From a virus, in the IMG/VR virus record IMGVR_UViG_3300027782_000036: a DNA stretch of 64,000 bases; one strand, 5' to 3'. Position 1 is the stretch's first letter. Each line of letters begins with the position of its first letter. Shown here in pieces: positions 58,865 to 64,000 of the stretch. Both the position numbers and the translations under genes were made by a program. The notes beneath the pieces are model-generated. The model had not been told where the DNA came from. It did no database searches and worked only from the letters and a program-made list of their open reading frames with translations.

Positions 58865-58884
58865 CTTTTTAAAAGATTTTTCCG

Positions 58885-59010
58885 ATGGATCAAAACGAAG
58901 CCCAATACTTTATACAACTATTAACCAGAATCAAGGTTAATCTTCCAGAATACCCTAACAAGGCGCTAAAGGAAGAATTAGAGATCGTAATTAGAAAACT
59001 GAGAGGATAG
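58885..59010 (+). CDS. 41-aa hypothetical protein
   Basis: MDQNEAQYFIQLL...KLRG fills the intergenic gap. Confidence 0.4.
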   Translation: MDQNEAQYFIQLLTRIKVNLPEYPNKALKEELEIVIRKLRG

Positions 59011-59012
59011 TA

Positions 59013-59159
59013 ATGAATAAAACAACACTAATCGGTGGTATCATCACACTAAACATACTTGCACTGGTGGTCGCTGTGTCATACAGAGATATATTTAATG
59101 TCATCTGTTATGGACTCAGTATAATGGGTGTAATGGTTTACTATATGGAGACCAAATGA
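59013..59159 (+). CDS. 48-aa membrane protein
   Basis: GAGGA RBS; two hydrophobic segments; ATGA overlap with the next gene. Confidence 0.55.
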   Translation: MNKTTLIGGIITLNILALVVAVSYRDIFNVICYGLSIMGVMVYYMETK

Positions 59160-59449
59160 GTAACCTTGATCGTATTGTAATGTTTATTATGGTGATTATC
59201 TCTGCCATCTCCACCTACGTGGCTGTGTCCTGTTATTATAGAATATCAGAGTATGATGCTAAATTGGTATCGCTGAATCTTTTACTTAACCAGCAGTCAG
59301 ATATATCCAATTCACTTAAAGAAGAAGACCTTATCATATTGAAACACTTTGATAGTGTAGATAAGAGATTTAAAGAACTCGAAGAAAAACAAAGAGTAAA
59401 CGATGTAAGAATCACCGAATTAGGCTCTAAATTAACTAGGAGAAAATAA
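59156..59449 (+). CDS. Membrane-anchored coiled-coil protein
   Basis: N-terminal TM plus heptads. Confidence 0.6.
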   Translation: MSNLDRIVMFIMVIISAISTYVAVSCYYRISEYDAKLVSLNLLLNQQSDISNSLKEEDLIILKHFDSVDKRFKELEEKQRVNDVRITELGSKLTRRK

Positions 59450-59664
59450 TGGCAGGTCCAAGTGTAAAGGTTCATCCAGGCAAACGTAAAGGTAATCCGA
59501 TGCTCACCAGAAATGGTAGACCAAGATTAGGTCCATTAAATGTAAAACAATTAGTTGCTTTGTTAGATAAGACATCGGCTGTTAAGATAAAGGCGAAGAT
59601 CGTGAGAGAGATAGCGAAGAAGAATCTTCGTTTGATTAAGAAGAACCATCCAGAAATTTTGTAA
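59449..59664 (+). CDS. Small basic hypothetical protein
   Basis: AGGAG RBS; K/R-rich; last + strand gene of the block. Confidence 0.65.
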   Translation: MAGPSVKVHPGKRKGNPMLTRNGRPRLGPLNVKQLVALLDKTSAVKIKAKIVREIAKKNLRLIKKNHPEIL

Positions 59665-59815
59665 TCCTGTGACTGGGGCTCCAGAAAAAAAATTCGAATT
59701 CAAGAGAACCGGTACCAGATTTTAAGTAACGCCATGACCCGTTCGGGCCATGGACCACAATTTTACACTGGCCTAGGCTGCTTGCCAACCTAAGCCACTT
59801 GTGTTACCATTCCAC

Positions 59816-59944
59816 CTATTTAAACTGTGAGAATGAGTCCGTGCTTTTATACTCCGAAAAGTCGTCCGCTGATGCGCCTATAATTGCATATTTTACCAAT
59901 AATGCCAATACCACACCAACCAATATACCTTTGATTATATCCAT
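59816..59944 (-). CDS. 42-aa single-TM protein
   Basis: AAGGAG RBS before MDIIKGILVGVVLALLV. Confidence 0.55.
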   Translation of the reverse strand: MDIIKGILVGVVLALLVKYAIIGASADDFSEYKSTDSFSQFK

Positions 59945-60062
59945 GCCATTCTCCTTTATATTAATGATAGCCAATGGCATACGCCTGCCAATAGGCCAAA
60001 TATGGCCTGTGCCACTCCATAATGGAATAGGACCCAGGCCAAGGCCAACCATAGGATGGTCC

Positions 60063-60230
60063 TCATCCAGTGAACACCATTTGGCTGTAACCAATTGGCT
60101 TGGATGAGGTGGTGTATGTATGGCTGGTCCGTGCCTTCTGACGGAAGGTACGGCTGCCCTTGGTGGCACGGACCTTGTGGTCCACTGTGACCTTGATACC
60201 CATGGCTCTATACTCTGCTAATGTAATCAT
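60063..60230 (-). CDS. 55-aa basic hypothetical protein (not in the ORF track)
   Basis: AGGAG RBS; MITLAEYRAMGIKVTVDHKVRATKGSRTFRQK... Confidence 0.55.
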   Translation of the reverse strand: MITLAEYRAMGIKVTVDHKVRATKGSRTFRQKARTSHTYTTSSKPIGYSQMVFTG

Positions 60231-60292
60231 ATGTTCTCCTAATGTGAGGTGGTGGTGAGGTAGCTTAAGGTAAGCTTGAGGTAAACTCCTGG

Positions 60293-60535
60293 TTAGTCCA
60301 GGAGTGTCATGTATTCTGATGGGTAGTATTGGCGGAACAAGTCTAGTCCTTTGCGGACTGTGCCATACTCGCCTATCATCTCTGCGCCTTTGATGAGGTC
60401 ATAGAGTGAGACAGCATAGCGGTCTAGTGTAGCGCTGTCACCGCTAAATGGGTTTTCTACTGTAGCGCCTTCTTGGTAAAGAGTGATACCAGGGAAGGTC
60501 TTGAGGATCTTTGCTTCGATTGTAACTTGAGTCAT
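60293..60535 (-). CDS. Early hypothetical protein
   Basis: GGAGAG RBS and its own promoter. Confidence 0.7.
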   Translation of the reverse strand: MTQVTIEAKILKTFPGITLYQEGATVENPFSGDSATLDRYAVSLYDLIKGAEMIGEYGTVRKGLDLFRQYYPSEYMTLLD

Positions 60536-60601
60536 TTTTTTCTCTCCGTGTTTTGTTATTGAATAAACCATTATACAGGTTTCTGGTAAAAAGGCAAGCG
60601 G

Positions 60602-60859
60602 TTAAGCCGCTTCCCTTTGGTTTTCTCGGACTCTAAACATGATGAACTTAGCACGGTTGATATACTGTCTAGCAGTCTCGTGGTCTGGTTCGCCAAATTC
60701 AGCGCTTAGCACCTCTTGAGCGTCTGATAGAATTCCAGCTGCGAACATGATTTCCTCGCCTGGAAAGCATTGCGTTTTAACGATATGCTCTAGCTGCGCC
60801 TTGCTGCAACCATAACATTGTAATTCCCATGCTAACTGTTCTTTTTGACTTCTTTCCAT
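60602..60859 (-). CDS. Early hypothetical protein
   Basis: GGAGAG RBS and its own promoter. Confidence 0.7.
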   Translation of the reverse strand: MERSQKEQLAWELQCYGCSKAQLEHIVKTQCFPGEEIMFAAGILSDAQEVLSAEFGEPDHETARQYINRAKFIMFRVRENQREAA

Positions 60860-60979
60860 TTTTCTCTCCGTTTTGTTATTGTTCATGTTACCATTATAAC
60901 GGAATAGGGGGAAAAGGCAAGCGTTTACCGGAGAGAGTGGTAAATAAAGTGCTTGCCTTTTCGGAGGGGGTGTGATATA

Positions 60980-61159
60980 CTAGCTGGTGGTATTGGCTAG
61001 GAGTAGCTTGTGGATTTTGTCTTCAATCACCGGTGCTCGGAAATCTGGATCGGCTGCTCTCAAGGAGTGCCAGATATACTCCAGCTGGTCGAGCGTTATC
61101 TCTTGGGTGCCTAGGCAATTATTGCCGGACTCGTCCCATCTTTTTAAGGTTATGCTCAT
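60980..61159 (-). CDS. Early hypothetical protein
   Basis: GAGGA RBS; last gene of a coupled run. Confidence 0.55.
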   Translation of the reverse strand: MSITLKRWDESGNNCLGTQEITLDQLEYIWHSLRAADPDFRAPVIEDKIHKLLLANTTS

Positions 61160-61160
61160 G

Positions 61161-61376
61161 TTAATCATCCTCATGTAGGTTAATATAGTCTGGTGTATCT
61201 TGGCGCTGCAGTGCTACAATCCGCTCATCGGTTGCCTTCTGCAAGAATTCCACCGTGGACTTTAATAGTGCCTCGAAGTCACCAATGGACACCAATTCGT
61301 CCATGTTATTCAGAGTGGATAGGATATGGAAGTCTCCATCGTCCCGCTCTATGCCTATGCTATAGCAGATGCTCAT
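61161..61376 (-). CDS. Early hypothetical protein
   Basis: Coupled run; GAGG RBS. Confidence 0.6.
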   Translation of the reverse strand: MSICYSIGIERDDGDFHILSTLNNMDELVSIGDFEALLKSTVEFLQKATDERIVALQRQDTPDYINLHEDD

Positions 61377-61579
61377 GTTACCACCTCGGATGCTGTCATC
61401 TCGTGGTGCCAGTATTCCCTGGTTTGGTAGTCATCATCTTCATAACGGTCTACTGGAATATAGGTCTCTTGGTCTTTAACTATTCGCATGGCCTCTTCGG
61501 CGGACTCTGCCTCAACCGTATAGACCTCGGTCTCAATGAATTCAACCACCTTTGGTAATCGTACCGTGAATTTACTCAT
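61373..61579 (-). CDS. Early acidic hypothetical protein
   Basis: GGAGG RBS; YTVEAESAEEA motif. Confidence 0.65.
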   Translation of the reverse strand: MSKFTVRLPKVVEFIETEVYTVEAESAEEAMRIVKDQETYIPVDRYEDDDYQTREYWHHEMTASEVVT

Positions 61580-61775
61580 ACGCAGCCTCCACACAATTTG
61601 CTACCGTGTTTATCGCTACTTGCACTGCCGTCCATACTGCCATCGGATTGTCCGATGCCTTTGCTACCATGTCCACATAATCATATGCGGCTTGTAGGTC
61701 GGTGCCCTTGTCAGCGAACATCGGGTTTTTTAACGACATCACCAAGTCGGACTTGCTCATATCAAAATTGCTCAT
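61572..61775 (-). CDS. Early hypothetical protein
   Basis: AGGGG RBS; coupled to neighbours. Confidence 0.6.
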   Translation of the reverse strand: MSNFDMSKSDLVMSLKNPMFADKGTDLQAAYDYVDMVAKASDNPMAVWTAVQVAINTVANCVEAAYE

Positions 61776-61776
61776 A

Positions 61777-61980
61777 CTATTCCCCCTTGAGTTCATAATT
61801 AAAAGTCTGAATGATGTCATCCAGAATTTCCAAGCGGTCGATAGAACCGTAGCGCTCGGTCATATTTGCTTCACGGCGAACCAAGTCAAGTATTTCATTG
61901 ACATGGATTTGGTTGAGAACCGCCGTGTTTGCTTTCTTGTCCTTCTCAACCTTGGTGATACAATATATTACATTTTGCAT
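61777..61980 (-). CDS. Early hypothetical protein
   Basis: AAGGAGAG RBS and its own promoter. Confidence 0.65.
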   Translation of the reverse strand: MQNVIYCITKVEKDKKANTAVLNQIHVNEILDLVRREANMTERYGSIDRLEILDDIIQTFNYELKGE

Positions 61981-62027
61981 TTTTCTCTCCTTCGTTTACT
62001 GTATAAACCATTATACAGGTTTACCAG

Positions 62028-62060
62028 AAAAAGGCAAGCACTATTTTCGCTTGCCTTTTT
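62028..62060. repeat. 12-bp inverted repeat formed by back-to-back -35 boxes (promoter/terminator stem-loop)
   Basis: AAAAAGGCAAGC-N9-GCTTGCCTTTTT; equivalents at 62307-62337 and 60912-60961. Confidence 0.85.
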
Positions 62061-62072
62061 CGGGAGAGCCTG

Positions 62073-62258
62073 TTATAATGTATAGGCTGAAAATCTCAAG
62101 GCGTCCTTCTTCAGGCATGTAGATTGACCTAAGCGGCCTGGTCGTCTAGGACCCCTATACTTAACTCTGAATTTCAGACCTTGTGATTTTGACCATCTTC
62201 TAAAAAGGTCAAGTTGTTTTATATCAATGTTAGAATATATGGCTGCTACTGTTTTCAT
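62073..62258 (-). CDS. Early basic hypothetical protein
   Basis: AGGAGAG RBS; YRGPR motif. Confidence 0.65.
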   Translation of the reverse strand: MKTVAAIYSNIDIKQLDLFRRWSKSQGLKFRVKYRGPRRPGRLGQSTCLKKDALRFSAYTL

Positions 62259-62350
62259 AGTTTTCTCTCCTTTTTAACTATACAATCATTATACAGGTTT
62301 ACCATAAAAAGGCAAGCACTTTCGGCGCTTGCCTTTTCTGCCGTTTTATG

Positions 62351-62644
62351 TTATGATAATAAGTTTTGAATTCGTGACACTGTTAGAGAATTGAAACCCC
62401 CAATGTGAAATTCTAGAATCTCATCATCATCATAAGCACGATATTCTTTATAGTCATAGATTGTAGCGACTAGACCATCATCGAATTCAATCAAATACTC
62501 ATTGCGTGTTTTTGAATCAATGTCAGCATAAGTCACTGAAGGCGCTTCAAATATATTTTTGAGATTTGATAATGAAGTCATAACAGACCCCTGATAACTA
62601 GTCCCTGATGTTTTATTGAATTCGTCTAATTTTAGTTTTCTCAT
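62351..62644 (-). CDS. Early hypothetical protein
   Basis: GTSYQG, ATIYDYK, FHIGG; own promoter. Confidence 0.7.
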   Translation of the reverse strand: MRKLKLDEFNKTSGTSYQGSVMTSLSNLKNIFEAPSVTYADIDSKTRNEYLIEFDDGLVATIYDYKEYRAYDDDEILEFHIGGFNSLTVSRIQNLLS

Positions 62645-62874
62645 AATTTTCTCTCTCTTAATTGTTATAATCATTATAACACAAATGGTAAAAAAGGCAA
62701 GTGTTATTTCTTGTCTTTATTCTATTCTATACTAGGTGGTTTGTATGTAATATTATGTCATTCCTTACAGCTTAATCAAAAAGTGCTTGCCATTTTTACC
62801 AGTTACTGTATAATGGTACCATACTGAAAAAAAGGTAGAGCGGAACCTGCGTCACGCTTATGTATCGCAGCAAT

Positions 62875-62901
62875 AAAAAAACAGGCACCTATAGTGCCTG
62901 T
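62875..62901 (-). terminator. Rho-independent terminator
   Basis: ACAGGCAC-TATAG-GTGCCTGT followed by a T tract on the - strand. Confidence 0.75.
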
Positions 62902-62959
62902 CCCAAAATAGCAATTGCCGATTATATCTGCTGGCGCTTGCCTTTTTGTCCGTTTTATG

Positions 62960-63691
62960 TTATAACACCGAAGCGATGTCCACTATATTATAAACATGCT
63001 TGACAAAACCAGTGCTATCTTTTTTTGCTTTGCCTTTAGCATATAGTCCCACAATAACATTGCGTGGATCTAAAAAGCGGAGGTCGCTCTCATCGCCATT
63101 AAATACCGTGGTATTCTCGTAGCGCTCTGGCAATTTCTTGTCAGCAAATACCACTGCTACATTGTAATTTTGCTCAATTGCTTTTACCACGTCCGCATCG
63201 TTGCCGTCTGCTGCAGAAAAGGTTAAGTGATAATTGGATGGCACGGTACGACCGACAACCTTGGTATAATCATAAAACTGGACTGTAGGAAACATATCGA
63301 AAATGTTCCTATAATCTGCTATTCTGATTTTTTCCCAGGCGATATCGCTCGTGCCGTTTAAACGGAAGACAGGCACAAGTCCACGCTTTTCAGCATAGAT
63401 AATTGCATTTTGAATTTCATGAGCAAGTGCTGACATAAAAGCGGATCTATTCTCAAAAAAGGCACGTGTCTTGCGTATACGTGCTTGCTGAATAACGTTG
63501 GTGCTTTCGCCTTTTTTGAATATACCACCACGACCGGCAGTATTTAAACATGCTGCTTTGCAACCAGCGGTTGCTTTAGGACAAGTCTGATATCCTGATA
63601 GATCAGCAGGCGCCAAGTGTAATATACTGGTTAAATAACCTTGCTTTTCGCCTTTTAATATCTTAGGGTTACCACGTGTTAATAATGACAT
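62960..63691 (-). CDS. Phage gp88-like Cys-cluster protein
   Basis: CPKATAGCKAACL, RLNGTSD, QFYDYTK, GDESDLRFLD. Confidence 0.7.
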   Translation of the reverse strand: MSLLTRGNPKILKGEKQGYLTSILHLAPADLSGYQTCPKATAGCKAACLNTAGRGGIFKKGESTNVIQQARIRKTRAFFENRSAFMSALAHEIQNAIIYAEKRGLVPVFRLNGTSDIAWEKIRIADYRNIFDMFPTVQFYDYTKVVGRTVPSNYHLTFSAADGNDADVVKAIEQNYNVAVVFADKKLPERYENTTVFNGDESDLRFLDPRNVIVGLYAKGKAKKDSTGFVKHVYNIVDIASVL

Positions 63692-63751
63692 TTTTCTCTC
63701 CTGTTTAATCATTAAGTACCATTATACATGAACCACCGAAAATGGCAAGCA

Positions 63752-63940
63752 CTATTTTAATTCCTGCATATTATCTACAGCGTCCCTAGCACCATAATAG
63801 GTGCTCTCATTAAACTGATCGGAAATTGGTGAATAGTCCTCATCTGGTACAGCATGATCGACCGCTTCGCACATAGCGGTATATAACACCTCGACCTCAT
63901 CATCCGTTAATTCTATGATGAATTTTCTTTTATTGCTCAT
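63752..63940 (-). CDS. Early acidic hypothetical protein
   Basis: AGGAGAG RBS and its own promoter. Confidence 0.6.
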   Translation of the reverse strand: MSNKRKFIIELTDDEVEVLYTAMCEAVDHAVPDEDYSPISDQFNESTYYGARDAVDNMQELK

Positions 63941-64000
63941 ATTTTCTCTCCTGATTAATATAGTACCATTATACATGAATACCGAAAAAAGTCAAGCGTT

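Larger units (their letters stand above)
60570..63995 (-). promoter_or_regulatory. Seven repeated early promoters TTG(C/A)C(T/A)-N16-TATAAT
   Basis: Copies at 60570-60597, 60893-60920, 62010-62037, 62288-62315, 62673-62700, 63721-63748 and 63968-63995, each followed by a GAGAG-A(n) RBS. Confidence 0.85.

Noticed and set aside
59799-60169. ORF-track 117-aa (-) and 102-aa (+) ORFs
   Set aside because: No RBS; better explained by RBS-bearing 42-aa and 55-aa - strand ORFs plus a hairpin-rich spacer
60987-62122. + strand ORFs downstream of the antisense promoters
   Set aside because: They are shadows of RBS-supported - strand genes, with no RBS and implausible composition
60570-63995. Repeated ~30-bp motif as a CRISPR array
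   Set aside because: The repeats are degenerate, irregularly spaced, separated by whole genes and match promoter consensus; no cas genes are present

Overview
This is a 64 kb segment of an AT-rich, lytic T4-like myophage genome. The host is probably a methylotrophic betaproteobacterium (Methylophilaceae-like), inferred from a phage-borne pqqA peptide. The + strand carries the T4 replication core (gp55, gp47/46, gp45/44/62, regA, gp43, uvsX, gp41, gp61, nrdAB, rnh). It also carries sugar-modification genes, translation/stress genes (def, hsp20 with a ROSE-like thermometer, bS21, an atypical tRNA-Gly, groES), Fe-S genes (erpA, iscU) and a lysis cassette. Three accessory blocks stand out. (1) An inverted 8.2 kb operon, apparently late-promoter driven: CsgF, CsgG, curlin-like protein, FecR protein, metallophosphoesterase, CHASE2 adenylate cyclase and a collagen-like fibre. 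(2) A late cluster of proteins with T4-type capsid-targeting N-termini that includes ligase-fold, HAD phosphatase and nucleotidyltransferase/kinase enzymes, a candidate injected RNA-repair or counter-defence kit. (3) From about 59.7 kb, a - strand array of small early genes, each module driven by a repeated TTGCCT-N16-TATAAT promoter, with repeated antisense promoters whose -10 boxes overlap the genes' stop codons. All product calls come from motif recognition and synteny; no database searches were run.
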